From Eledone cirrhosa (Eukaryota), in assembly GCA_964016885.1 (NCBI GenBank), contig OZ024742.1, positions 78,244,001 to 78,308,000 on the forward strand: a DNA stretch of 64,000 bases. Direction: 5' to 3'. Positions 49,290 to 63,179 of the stretch are shown piece by piece. A program made the translations under genes and the position numbers. The notes under the pieces were generated by a model. The model was not told the DNA's origin, did no database searches, and was given only the letters and a program-made list of their open reading frames with translations. Each line of letters starts with the position of its first letter. Positions within the stretch are counted from its first letter, which is position 1.

Positions 49290-49650
49290 AAATCAATTAT
49301 TGATCTCTGCCCCTGATTCCCCTTATACTCTGGATGTCTCTGTGCTGGAAGAAGGTGTTCATAATAGAGAGACTATTGATAAAACATTATATTAAGGCTT
49401 CCCCATTCGTATTTAGATTGGGATCGCCGTTTATTCCAAACACTCCATCCTATGTCATGTGGTCAGTGCCAACATCTGCATTGAAATCTCCCATTAAGAT
49501 ATCTGACTCAGCCTTAACTAGCTCTAACGCTGTAGTGATTTCATCAAGGAAGAATCTGTATTCGGTCTCCTTGTTTGGAGTATAGACTTGCACCACCCAC
49601 GGAGACTTATGTTTCAGCCAATAGGCAAATACTCCCTCCTAATGTTATCC
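49290..49650 (-). mobile_element. RTE-like APE endonuclease fragment
   Basis: Minus-strand translation gives QVYTP, MGDFNADVG, NTFFQHRDI, IIDF. Confidence 0.75.
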
Positions 49651-50460
49651 AGTCTATACTATTACATTTACCAAGTTATGTGTTTGGAGAAATGCTTTCT
49701 ACTGAAACATTTGTACATATAAAACAATATAAAATCTTATTTCTACCATCTTAATTTGTTTTATATGCTCTGCGTTAAAATTGCAACATTTCTTTTGACC
49801 TTAAGACGTCTATTCACTATATTTTTATATGTATAAACACATTGAGTTTAAATATTCTCAATCACAATTTTTCTTCAAATAACTACATTTGTTCTTATGT
49901 ATTATTATTTATGAAAATACATATGAAAGAATTAATGTAAAGGTGTGTGTATGTATGTAGATGTATATAAATGTATATATACATGTACATACACACAAAC
50001 GCATGCACAGACATAGAAAAAAAATATCTATCTTTTGTGTGATTCTATACTCGTGTATGCGATGTGCTTTTGTGTTAATGTATATATACAAGTATATATA
50101 CGTAGTACATTAATAATTTTTAGTCTTCATATCTAAGGTTATATTGAGGTAATTGATTCGGAGTATTTTATTTTGCTTTAAACATCAGAAGCAGTACTTA
50201 TAGCGCAGTCATTCCTGCTTCACCTATCTTTCCTCTATCTTAAAACCTGAAGAGGAATTTTTGTGCATTTGTTTTCGATTATTGATTTGGCGAAAGCTGA
50301 TCTACTTTCGTTTTCTTTTGAGAATAATGTTTACTGGGTGATAGATTTCACACGAGGAATCCGTATTAATGACGTAACACTTTATAGCGCTTGTATGTAT
50401 GTATGTATGTATGTATGTATGTATGTATGTATGTATGTATGTATGTATGTATGTATGTAT

Positions 50461-51650
50461 GTCAACATCATTGGATACCATCAGAGTTGCAGGTGTTATA
50501 TCAGAGTTTTCCTTCTCCTAGAATTCTGCATTGACAAAGGCTAAGGGGTCATCTCTCCCGGTGATTTTGGATGGCCATTGACTCTTAAGAGCTCCTTTGC
50601 CCTTTGACAGGTTTTGTTTTTAGTCCTGCAGGATGTCCAAAGTCACCCTCCTCACCAAGAAACTTTGGTGGAGTTGCCAGTTTAGTCGCCAACGACCCAA
50701 CCATGAGACAGGTTGTACTGGCATACATGTTACCAGTAGCACCAACTGGAGACCTGACATACATACATAAATATATACATACATACATACATACATACAT
50801 AAATAAATACATACATATATACATACATACATATATATATACATATATATATACATATACATATATATACATACATATATATATACATATATATATACAT
50901 ATACATATATATACATACATACATATATGGTGGCTGCCAACTTGTTTTCGAGTACGGCCACTACTTTATATTCATGTAGGAGAACCCCTACCGATGCGCT
51001 GAACAAGTGTTACTTTTTAGTCCAGCCAGCGACTTGAAAACTCTGGTACAAACACTACACTTGTGACAATTACTGACACATAGTGCTGGGCTCATGGTAC
51101 CAGGTGATGACAAGTGCAGAGAGATCTCCAGATATAAAGCAATGCCTGTGCCGTGAAGCTTTTATAGTGAGCAAAGGCACTGCACAAAGCCAGTACCACT
51201 CTCTTAACCAAGATGATATTTACCAAAAAGAAGAACAAGTCAACATCATTGGATATCATCAGAGTTGCAGGTGTTATATCAGAGTTTTCCTTCTCCTAGA
51301 ATTCTGCCTTGACAAAGGCTAAGGGGTCATCTTCTTTTTGGTAAAAATCATCTTGGTTAAGAGAGTGGGACTGGCTTTGTGCAGTGCCTTTGCTCACTAT
51401 AAAAGCTTCACGGCACAGGCATTGCTTTATGTCTGGAGATCTCTCTGCACTTGTCGTCACATGGTACCATGGGCCCAGCACTATGTGTCAATAATTGTCA
51501 CAAGTGTAATGTTTGTACCAGAGTTTTCAAGTCGCTGGCTGGACTAAAAAGTCACACTCGTTCAGCGCATCGGTAGGAGTTCTCTTACATGGATATAAAG
51601 TAGTGGCCATACTCGAAAACGAGTTGGCAGCCACCATGTATGTATGTATG
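50461..51650. mobile_element. Rearranged non-autonomous RTE-like element (5' UTR piece + inverted 3' ends) in (ATGT)n
   Basis: 50926-51234 is the reverse complement of 51330-51637; 50461-50554 is repeated at 51239-51332; the 3' end encodes CNVCTRVFKSLAGLKSHTRSAH then an (ATGT)n tail. Confidence 0.75.
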
Positions 51651-51882
51651 TTCTTCTGGTTTTATAATTTTACAAAGTTTTACCAATAGAGAGAGAGTCG
51701 ATTTCTAACATAGACACAAGACTCTCTCATTGGAATTTACACAACATCAACTAGGTAGATATGTATGTATGCATGGATGTGTAGATATGGATGTGTAGTA
51801 TTGTATGTGTGGATGTGGATGTTTTGAGTTGTATGTGTGCATGTGTATATGCTTTGTATCTGTACATGTGTATATGCAGTTA

Positions 51883-54800
51883 TTAGATGCAACTTTTTTG
51901 GAATGTTTTACATATTTTTACTGTTCTATTAATGGATTGTACTTGTAATTTCCTAACTAGTTGTGTTCTTTCTGTTCCTGTGAAGCCTTGCTTCTCAAGA
52001 TTTGTATTGAGGCAGTTACTAACATACCCCTTTGCCCCAATAATCACAGGCATAAATCTGATGGTGTAATCAGGGTGGAGTATCTGCAGATTTCTCATCA
52101 GTTCAGCATAAATATTCTCCTTTTCACTAATCTTTGATATTATATTGGCATCTGCTGGGCAGCTAATTTTCACTACTGTGCATGCTTTCTTCTCCCTGTC
52201 CCATATCATAATATCTGGTCTGTTATGCTTGCATTTTATTGGGGTTTTTACTGGAACATTCCACCAGTACTCTTTCATATTATGTACATGGATGTCTTCC
52301 ACATTGCTGTAGCCTTTAATGTGTTTATTATCGGGGTTATCTTTTTTACGAACTGCATCGTACAGTGCTTTGGCCACTACATCATGCCTCATAGGTAGAT
52401 AGTACCGCGACGATGACATCTTTGGACAGCTGCTGATGACATGGGTGATATCCTCGATGTTAGTTCTGCAGAGTCTGCACTTGTTTGCCTGCATCCCTAT
52501 CTCTTTTGTGAATCAGGTATTTTGTTAATCTCCTGTTTTGGGATTGCAAAAGCGTATCCTTCAAAGTGGGAGCCAATATAGCGGTTGTTGGTCCAAGATA
52601 GATTACTTTCCTTATCTATATTACTCTCACTCTGGAGCTTCCTGGCAACATATCGATGCAGGATTTTTTGCTGATAAGTATGCAGTTTTTCATCCATGGA
52701 TTCACTGCCATACTGCTGAGCGACTTCCCTGGGTGTGAGATTTTGATTATCACACAGGGAATATCTCTCGAGGAGTTCCTTCCCAACTCTCATGATCTTA
52801 TCTGTTTCATCCAGATAGACATGCTCGAAAACGGGCTCCTACGCTTCGAAGTCCGTAGATGTTGTCGGAGAGATGCGACGTTCGAATGTTGTCTGGACTG
52901 ATGTTAGGCCTCTGCCTCCCTGCTTACGTTTCAAGTAAAGGCGGTTTATGTCACTGTTGATGTGGAAGTTACCGGTGTTGTTTAGTATTTTTAGAGTTCC
53001 AACATCAACTGCTCAGATTTCGTCTATCGTCCAATTGAGTATTCCAAACATTGGTGTTAGGACAGGCACAGCAAACACATTGTGAGCCACTGTTTTGTTT
53101 TGCGCAGAGAGTTCCGATGACCAGATCTTTCTTAATCGGGTATAGTATTCCCTGGTTACGCTTTCTTTATTACAGATACCATTATAGGATATGTTCTCAT
53201 CTATCCCCAGGTATCTGTAGCAGTCCTCATCAGATATTGGTGAAACAGTTAGGCCATTGATGACAATGTTGCTAGATTGGGTTGTTTTTCCCCGCTTTAC
53301 AGTCATGTATGAGCATTTATCTTGGCCAAACTCTATTCTTATATCCTTTGAGAGCGTTGTAACCAGGTCAAGATTTTTCTTCATCCCATCCATGTTCTTG
53401 GCATAGAGTTTCAGATCGTCCACAAAGAAATTATGGGTTAGGTTCGTATTTCTGTCCTCCTGTGAGCCAATGATGTATCCCTCACATTTCTTGAGCAGAA
53501 AGGACAAGGGGTTTAATGACAAGATGAATAATATCACAACAGAGAGACTGCCCCCCTGAAATATACCCCTGCAATATTTTATATTATCAGTGAAAATAGA
53601 ATCCTCCCTCTGTCTTTAACCTTAGGATAGTAGCCCAAGAAGAAGACAGCCTCTCTATGGCTCTGACAATAATGTCTGGGACTTTAGCAAGTTGGAGAGC
53701 CTCTATCATCCAAGAGTGGGGAACAGAATCGAAAGCTTTTCTGTAGTCCAGCCAGACTGTAGCCATATTCCTCCTAAGTTGTCGCACCTCCGACATCGCA
53801 GTTTTGTTGATTAGGAGTTGTTCAGCACATCCCCAAACCCCTTTATTTCCATCTGCTTGTTCATCTGTGATGATGTTATTATTTTCACAGTGATCTTGGA
53901 GGAATAGGTTCAGGCAGGCTGTATACATCTTATACATCAGGTTCTGGCATGCAATGGATCGGTAGTCTTTTGCCAAGTGGGTGTCTTTGTTCTTGGGGAC
54001 CAGTAATATTTGTGCTAATGTCAACCATTCTGGTATAAGTGTATCTCCCTTAAGAACTTGTTGGTAGCGGTCAGTAAGATACCTCCGATAGAATATCAGT
54101 TTTTTGTACCAGTAGCCGACAATCATGTCTCTTCCTGGTGTTTTCTTATCTTGGAGTTTTCCTATCACAGTCTCAAGGGTACCCTCACTTATTTCGTATG
54201 TTTTTGTTGTAGTGTAGGAGCAATAGTTCTTTCGAATTTCTCTTAACCACACTGCATCTTGGTTGAAATTCTTCTTTTCACCCCATATTTTGCTCCAAAA
54301 GGAATCTATGTCTTTCTGGGATGGGGCCTCAGTGACACTTATTATTTTGCCCTTCATATCTCTATAGACTGATGTTTGGTTTCGTCTGAATCTTTTATTA
54401 AGCACTTTTCTCTCATCTACCTTCTTCAGATGTCGGCGTTTTTCGCTAACAGCTCTCAATTCTTGTTTGAGGGTGATCAGCTTATATTGGAGAGTTCTGG
54501 TTCTACTGTTACCAAACATCGTCTCTATTTTATTTTTCACTCTTTGTTGGTGAGGAGTGAGGTTTTTTTTGTGTTTGTTTGCATGTAAGGAGCATTGTCA
54601 CATATCCTATGTTTTTTCGTAGGTCAGCAATCTTTTTTTCTATTTTAGTTATACATGATGGTATTTTTGGTGGTATTCTGTTCTTGTTAATATCTCTGCT
54701 ATCACCAAGATAATGCTTCACTGTCGTTGCTAAGGCATATAAACAGGCGTTGATTTCGCAAAATGTTGGGGTTTTTATCCGTCGTAAATATTCATCCCCT

Positions 54801-54900
54801 ATTTCCTCAATAACACGTAATATTTCATTATTTGGCTTTTTTATTAAACATAGTCGTTTTAATATGTTCAGCAAGAGAGATATTTATACATGAATTAATT
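51883..54900 (-). mobile_element. Degenerate R4/Dong-like LINE (RT + REL)
   Basis: KTPGRD, WLDYRKAFDSVPH, FVDD, YRYLG, CRLC..EDITHVISSC..RHD, NRPDIMI. Confidence 0.9.
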
Positions 54901-55004
54901 TCTCTCTGGAAGATTTCGTTGAGGAAAAATTTCAATTGTTTATATTTTGTATGTTATCTCTTTCTCTTAATTTCGAGTATAATTTTTTGACCGGCCACCT
55001 TCCT

Positions 55005-56047
55005 GGTGGCAAGGTTGTAAAAGAAAAGAAATTGTCATCCCTTGAATCGCAAGAATGTTTTGCAAATTTTGAAGGTGCCAGCTATCGCAACCATTTGTAG
55101 ACTATAAATTAGGAAGCTGCGCTCTTTGTCTGCAAATCCAAGTTCAGTCATACTTTGGTCCAAACGGGTTGGTATATAACCCGTAGCTCCAATAATGATG
55201 GGTATGAAGCTAAAGGTGTATCTTGGATACTGGATTTGCAAACTCCTCATCAATGGTCCATAGATGTCCTCCTTCTCCTGTATTTTTCTGACAACGTTTA
55301 CATCAAGTGGGCAGCTGATCTCCACAACAAAACACGTTTTCAATGTGTGGTCCCAAACAACAATATCAGGCCGGTTGTGTTTTAATTTGGTGGCAGTTTT
55401 TATTTTCAGGTTCCACCAGTATTCCTTAGTGTCATCTGTCTCAATATATTCTTCCTCGTTTGTTGTTAATTTTATTTTCCGAAGTGCGTTCCAGATGGTT
55501 CTAGCTATCACATCGTGTCTCATGGGGAGGTAGTAGCGAGATGACATTCTTTCGCAGCTGGCAACAATGTGGATTACATCCTCGATCTTTGTTTTAGATA
55601 GCCTACATTTATTGTCAGCTGATGGCCCTCCCATTTTGTGCCGCAGATATTAGGTAGGGAGTTCTTGTTCCTGTATTGCATAGAGATATCCCTCAAAGTG
55701 TGATGTCATAAACTTGTCGGAACTCCATGCCAGGCTTTTTGAGTGGTTTATCCCCTCTATGGTCTGTGTTTTACGTCTCAAGTATCCATGCACAACTTTT
55801 TCTGTAAATTGGTCAATTTTTTCATCTTCTTTGAACATTGAATAGGATCTTCCGATTTCTCTGGGTGAGTGATTTATATCAGGCTTTATTCCATATCTCT
55901 CCTCCAGATCAGTGGCTATTCTAATGATATTTTTTTTTCATGCTCATAAACCTGGGCAAGATGGTTGCCAACCTTTTTCCTCTATTGAAGGTGTTGCTTC
56001 AGTGTTACTATCCGGGTCTCATATGATGTTAATATGGATTTTAGACC
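55005..56047 (-). mobile_element. R4/Dong-like LINE 3' fragment (REL), related subfamily
   Basis: EDVIHIVASC..YLPMRHD, NRPDIVVWD..VEISCP..EK. Confidence 0.85.
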
Positions 56048-56444
56048 CCGGCCACCTTCCTTGCGTGAGAAGTATAGCCTATCCACATGTATGTATGTAT
56101 GTATGTATGTATGTATGTATGTATGTATGTATGTATGTATATATGTGTGTGTCTGTGTGTGTGTGCGTGTGTGTGTGTGTGTATGCGAATGTATGTATAC
56201 GTGACCGTAAGGTTATTACACGCTTTCGTTCTCTCTTTCTGTACCCCAGACGTCGAAACCTGGGGTGGATTATGCATCATCGTCCTAGCGGATAAAATTG
56301 AAAAAGACAAGGAAGACAAAAATTGTGGCACATTAATTATAACAATTATATTTAACATTACTGTATTTTATTCTTTCTCACACACACACTCTCTCCCTAT
56401 CTCTCTTTCTGAAAGAAATCAGCTGTGGTTAGTATGAAACCTCA

Positions 56445-56517
<73 letters not shown>

Positions 56518-57636
56518 CCTGCCGTTGATATATACACGCCTACAACACAAGCCGCTGGTACATTCCAATCATGCATTCATTCCACGCACATTTCCTATCT
56601 ACTGTTATGAAACACATACCCTATATATTCCATGTATACATCCACTACATGTACATCTCATATATACTATTATGAAATGGATGTTCTAAACATCCACAAT
56701 ATATATAACTTGTTTGTGTTCGCACGCACGGTCCCCATGTGTCCACCAGCCATGAGACCTGCATCGTGTGCAGACTCTTACCCAGTCCCTTAGATCACCA
56801 GTCTCCATGTATATTATATAACCACATGCTCCACAGCCCTCAAGTATTTTATGCAACTTTACGCACACCCCAATAATGTCCGGTCTCTCTCTCTGCATCC
56901 TTGTCATGTATACATTCATCTTTCCAGCATTTTATTTTATTTTATTTTATTTTACATTATATTATTTTATTTTATGTACGTACAGGCATTTTTTTTATAG
57001 ATATGTGCCACCCAAGTTATATGTGATTGGTGCAGGATACTATGCGGCTATAACATTTATGCATATCGTGCATGCACTTTCGGGCTTATATCGCCACATG
57101 ATAGGGTTGGGTCCAAGCCTCAAGAACGTTGTTTCATGTAATACTATGTGCACCATGTGTACAACTGCGCGTGTGTGTACGGATGGGAGGCTATTCATCA
57201 AGTATGTGCCTTCTGTATGAACATACGTGGGTACATGTATGTATGTGTTTCCACGCAAATATGCATGCGCACGTGTGTACACATATCTGGGTGGATGTAT
57301 TTGTATGAACATGTCTGTGTGAGGGTATGAATGCCTATGTGTAGATCTTTCTTTTTTTCATCTGTGTATATATGTACAGCGTCTTAACTATACACGCTTC
57401 CCTCAGTACAGTGTGTGAGTGTAGATATGTGTATATTTATCAAAAATACCTTCGAAATAATCTTTTTTTTGAAAGGCTGTTCCAAGCATTCATTTAAAAA
57501 CGTTCTTTGTACAGAGTTTTTTTCTATTTGAAATATGTATGTTTTAAGGTATTCTGAGGCTGTGTTCTTGAAACGTTATGCTAAATATTTTTCTAATTTG
57601 TTTTGAAAATTCCCTCCAAGCATTATTTACGGGGAT

Positions 57637-58072
57637 TGTCGCATACAATACAGTTGCGGGTGTGTACGCCATCGGTGTAGAAGAGGGCGCCTAAAGACAG
57701 AGAAGACGTCGAAGGGCCGCCAGCAGTTCAAGCATACAACACCTTCCCTACTACAGTAGTAGTTCCGATCCAAGAAGCAAATTTAATTGACAGGTGGAGA
57801 ATGAAATGAAATAAATAGTGGACAACCATGAGTGGCTAAAAATATCGATGACGTTGACAGTTCCTGATCAGTCATAGAATGACAACAACAGGATCTAAGC
57901 CGACAGGCGAAGGATATCGAGGACATTAGGAAAATCTGCTTCGTAGAATCAAGACGTATCTGAGGACCTTGCGATTTTCAGAGTCAGGTTCGATCATCAC
58001 ATCGATCGTGCCTCGAGCTGGTCGCCAGAGAAGCGATTGTAATATGTACAATAAATTCCATTCGTCGCAACA
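57637..58072 (+). mobile_element. Possible solo LTR
   Basis: GC-richer ~430-bp island ending AATAAA..tcgcaaCA, with a left end resembling (t)gttgcg; no clear TSD. Confidence 0.3.
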
Positions 58073-58114
58073 CTGATTCTCTTTTTTTTTGTGATATATA
58101 TATATATATATATA

Positions 58115-58300
58115 TAATTGTTTCTACTTTTGGCACAAGGCCAGCAATTACCAGTGTTTTACTGGTACTTTATTTTATCGACCCCGTAAGGAAGAAAGGC
58201 AAAGTTAATCTCGGCGGGATTTGAACTAAGATCATAAAGGGGCGTAACTCTATGCTTAAAAGCATGGTGTCCGACTCTCTACCGATACTGCCAATCCACC
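58115..58300 (-). mobile_element. tRNA-derived SINE, full length
   Basis: Reverse complement matches 17383-17566. Confidence 0.85.
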
Positions 58301-58303
58301 GCT

Positions 58304-58334
<31 letters not shown>

Positions 58335-58521
58335 ATATATATTGGTAGAAGTGGTAATTCTGTTTGGTAAACCATGATGTAACAAATACATTAAAGCACC
58401 CAACGTTATGCAAGTCATCCATCGTAGATGTGGCATCCAGTGGTTGGAGCAGGAACAGAGTAAAGTACTTATCAACAGAAGGCAGGACTAGAAAATTGGC
58501 TTTAAAATTTAATTCCGTGAA

Positions 58522-58596
58522 ATCATTATACATATTTCGATGGCCCAGCTCCATCATCCAATTATGATGCAAGACAGGACGATTTCATCAGGCGAC
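58522..58596 (-). ncRNA. Degenerate hammerhead ribozyme with extended stem II
   Basis: Minus strand: gtcgc-CTGATGA-[imperfect ~19-bp hairpin ..catcat/atgatg..]-GAAA-tatgta-TA-atgat. Confidence 0.45.
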
Positions 58597-59709
58597 ATCC
58601 ACAGAATTACTTTACAAGTTTACGTTGAACTCAGATATATAAAGGAAGATATGGAAAAGAGAATAGAGAATTGAAAATTCGATTCGGGACTGCCTGCAAA
58701 AACACTCTTGTGTTGGTATGAGGCAGTCCCAGAATGCTACGTTATGGTAGCTTCTAGGGCTGGTAAGCGTGGTGGAGGGGGGGGGGGGGGTCAAGTGGCG
58801 ACATACACATCTTCCCAGAAAATGTCACTCCTTAATTGTATGTTTGGCTACGCTGTCCTAGAGATATAATGATTCTAATCTATCAGTCGCCTTTTAGACA
58901 AGTCAGTCTGCCGTGACGGTACTTAAAGGAATGCATAGCAGTAAACATATTGTCTAGCAAAGAAAAGAAGTTGAGACAAGAGAGAAACAATTATACTAAT
59001 GTGTCAATAATAAGAAGACTATAAAATGTTAAATAAAGACAGTTATCTTTTTTATTTTAGATATGTCGGATGGTTCGTATTTACGAAAGTATATTCGTGT
59101 GTGTATATGTGTTTTTGCATTTAGGTCTAAATTTGGTGTGGTTTATTCTCAATCGGTCTTGTAATTGAGTGTAAAATAGTGAAGTCCAAAGTAAATAGGC
59201 TGTAATCGACCGAGTATATTCAAATATGAATGGAGGGGAAAATTTATTAATTAACTAGTCAATTTTCAAGCACTCTAGGTTATGACCAAAGTTATTCTGA
59301 ACAACGTGTTACTGCAAGGACCAAAGGTTACGAGTTGATGGATTAATACACCCCACCGCACACACTTTTCGACGAAGATATTATGATGGTAGGTATGTAG
59401 GTAGTAAACTATATATTTTATGTCAACTCCATAGCGATATAACTTATGTGAGAAAGGTTGCACAAAATTAAACTTAGCTAGAAAAACAGTCAGGAAAAAT
59501 CTGTTTAGTTGAATTTATTTCTGGAGTTGACTTGAATTAAAATAAACGAAGTTAAATTAAAATGAAAAATAAAATTATATTATCTTTAACTCTAGGGAGT
59601 CATTGAATATTATATAATATATTATATATGGAGTATATTATGTGGTGTAGTACAATATAATATATACATTCAATTACTATTAAGTGGTATACAGAAAAAT
59701 AGACTAATG

Positions 59710-59893
59710 ATTGTTTCTACTTTTGGCACAAGGCCAGCAATTATTCCAGTGCATTACTGGTACTTTATTTTATCGACCCCGTAAGGATGAAAGGCAAAGT
59801 TAACCTCGGTGGGATTTGAACTCAGAATGGCAAGGGCCGTAACTCTTTGCGTCAAAGCATGGCGTCCGACCCTCTACCGATACTGCCAATCCA
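59710..59893 (-). mobile_element. tRNA-derived SINE, full length
   Basis: Reverse complement matches 17383-17566. Confidence 0.87.
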
Positions 59894-60118
59894 ATGCCAA
59901 AATATATATAGAAAGAGGGGTGTCTCATATAATGGGGATGTAAGGTATATGAAGTGTAAAATATAATATGAGGTGTAAATATATATTTTTTTTTAATGTA
60001 TAAAGAAATAGGAAAAAATAAGAAGAAACAATGAGGAGAATAAGAAAGAATAAATGCAACGGATACTATATAAATATAATATAAAGAAAAAGGGTATAAA
60101 TATATAAATATATATATA

Positions 60119-60163
<45 letters not shown>

Positions 60164-60554
60164 TAGATAATATATATATATATAGTTAATATATATATAT
60201 ATATATAAATAATATATATATATATATATAGATAATATATATATATATATATATAAAAAAAAAAATTATATAAATATAAGCTATAATTAAACAAAAAAAT
60301 ATAAACAGAAATAAGGTGTTGATCAATGATTTCTACCCATCCCTCAAAATCCTCACCTTCCACAACCAGCAGAAACCATATAAATACAACCTTTTTACAG
60401 GGACAGTTGACTTTCCTGATGATTTCTTTTGAAAGAAACAGTTTCAGTCCTGCAGAAACTATTTCTATATTAAACATGATGTTTACACTCTACTAATGTA
60501 TTGAGTACCTTACTTAGTGTGGTTAGCCCCGATTGAACCCAGGACTCACACACA

Positions 60555-60675
<121 letters not shown>

Positions 60676-60696
60676 ATACATACATATATATATATG

Positions 60697-60755
60697 ATAA
60701 ACACCTTTCTTTTTGAGATAGTCAATGTATCCAATATGCATTTGTAAGTATATAC

Positions 60756-60793
<38 letters not shown>

Positions 60794-60855
60794 GACGTAT
60801 ATACTTACAAATGCATATTGGATACATTGACTATCTCAAAAAGAAAGGTGTTTAT
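60697..60855. repeat. Palindrome with ~60-bp arms centred on (TA)n
   Basis: ataaacacc..tatacgtg (TA)n cacgacgtata..ggtgtttat; perfect except a 3-nt indel. Confidence 0.93.
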
Positions 60856-62159
60856 TTTAGCAGCAAATATTGTTACTGAGGAAAAACTGCACGAAAAGGT
60901 TATGATTACTCTGCATAATTCTAAAGCGTAAATAAATTCTATTGGAAGTTCGCAGCACAGAAGCAAATGTTATAAGCAAAAATGAAAATGAGATTTCTTT
61001 CAGAAAGCTATTCAATTTTGTCTCCTTTGCTTTAAGTTTATTTGTAGTATTAATTTATTTCAACTGCCACGGATAAAATCACCCTTGTGAGATAACGATA
61101 TGGCTTCTAGGCATGCGCTCAATGCAAAAAGGGCCGCTTAAATTCTTTGAATACCCATTCGTCTTTTAAACTAAACATATATTGGAATGTTCTTGATTAC
61201 AAATATTCAGATCAGAAAAGATTATGCCAAACCGCTTCTCTGAATGGATTGCAAATAAGTTAACACTATCTAGATATGAATGCAGTAAGTAGAGTAGCTT
61301 AACCAAACCTTGTAAAATATTCTGTCTGGAGCTTCGTAAAATGATTTCCTATGAGTATTTCTTTCTCTGTATAGGAAGATTGTAGATTATATCACGATGT
61401 AGCTGACTTTTACATTCACATTTCTTGGCTTGTTATTGTTTTTGTTGAAGTGTTTATCCCTAAATCAACCCTGTTTAAGACAATTTATAATTAAACGTAT
61501 TCTAGACATAACCATCCTTGTATTTAAGTGTATATCTAGTTCTAAATTACCCTCTATAGTCTTTCTTATTTAAGACAGTGAGTGTTATTTGAGAATTGGT
61601 TGCAGATTTAGCAGATCAACCTAGCATAAAGAGGTTCATACTTTAGCTCGTCCTCTTTGGAGTTTATCTAATATATACCAGACATGAAGATAAAGAAAGC
61701 TAGAACAAATAGGTTGGCTATACAACACAGTAAAACTATATCGTTTTAAGAGAAAATGTCAAATTTACATTCACGGGAAGCAATAGTAACAATCTTCGTA
61801 TCGGGGTTGGTATAAAATTTAATTAATTGCCTCGGTAGGCAAACAGTATTGTAGTGAGTGTATAAGGGGATCTGTTTGTATGTGTGGAGGTTTAGATGTA
61901 TGTATTTTGCATATATGGAGAGGTATATGTGTGTATGGTTGTGTGTCTTTAATAAAGATATTAAATTATGATCATTGTATGAATATCTGCGACGTTAATG
62001 TTCTTATTACAAGTATAAACGTCACACAATCTCATTTCTAAACTTATAAATAATCAGAATGAATAATTTATAAATAAATCATATATACATACATAGGAAT
62101 GCAAACATCCGTCTTTATATATCTATATATCTATATATCTATCTATCTCTCTCTCTTTC

Positions 62160-62194
<35 letters not shown>

Positions 62195-62702
62195 ATATTG
62201 TGGGTATAGTATATATGTATGTATGCTTGTATGTATCTCTTCTGGTTTTATTATCTTATAAAGTTTCAACAATAGAGGGAGCCAGTTCAGATCAAAGGAA
62301 AAACATGTGTACGTAACACACTTTTATATATTTAAGCAAATACCTTAACAACCATCCGGTTATTAGACTAACCGAGTGGGAGTATAGTATAAATTGAAGT
62401 GCATTCGAACAGGAGCGTGTGCTTTTATTGGCAGCATGACCCTCGCAATGTATAACAATATCTGTTTCAATACGCATTTTAAGATAACAAATTTACCAAA
62501 ACATACAAAAACAAAGTATATATCTACAATGGGGCCATGCCCGGAGCGCATGTTCCGTTAGCTTAGAAGGTCGTCATATTCAACCTATGCTGATGAAATG
62601 GAACCGGAAATTGCTTAGTTCAAAGACGGGAGATAATACATAACACAGTATGTATGTATATATATATAAGTGGTTACACAACAGTTAGTTCACCATACTT
62701 AA

Positions 62703-62758
62703 CTCGTCCCATCGACTGAGTGCTCTACCACTACGGATATTACCTTCCAGTGTTCTAC

Positions 62759-62810
<52 letters not shown>

Positions 62811-62867
62811 GTAGGACACTGGGAGGTAATATCCGTAGTAAGTAGAGCACTCAGTCCGTGGAACGAG
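62703..62867. repeat. Imperfect palindrome with ~60-bp arms centred on (TA)n
   Basis: gactgagtgctctac..ctactac (TA)n gtagtag..gtagagcactcagtc. Confidence 0.9.
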
Positions 62868-62975
62868 ATCGGTATAAAGTTATTCTGTAGAATTCCTCTT
62901 TTCGACTATAAGACAATATTCGAGTTGAAAATCCACAAGGTGTAACACGTGTCCTCGGAAATGGTTGCGGAAATA

Positions 62976-63067
<92 letters not shown>

Positions 63068-63179
63068 CATAAATATATATATACAAATTTTGAGTATATG
63101 TTGGTTGTTTACCGACACCTAAGTATGCAGATTGGAGCACTCGACGAAGTACGCAGGTTGGTTTGTTTACTCTGGAGTA

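Noticed and set aside
50670-50760. Canonical HDV-like or twister ribozyme at the RTE-like 5' end
   Set aside because: A P2-like pair (gccagt/actggc) and CTAA are present, but P1/P3/L3 and the twister element order could not be fitted
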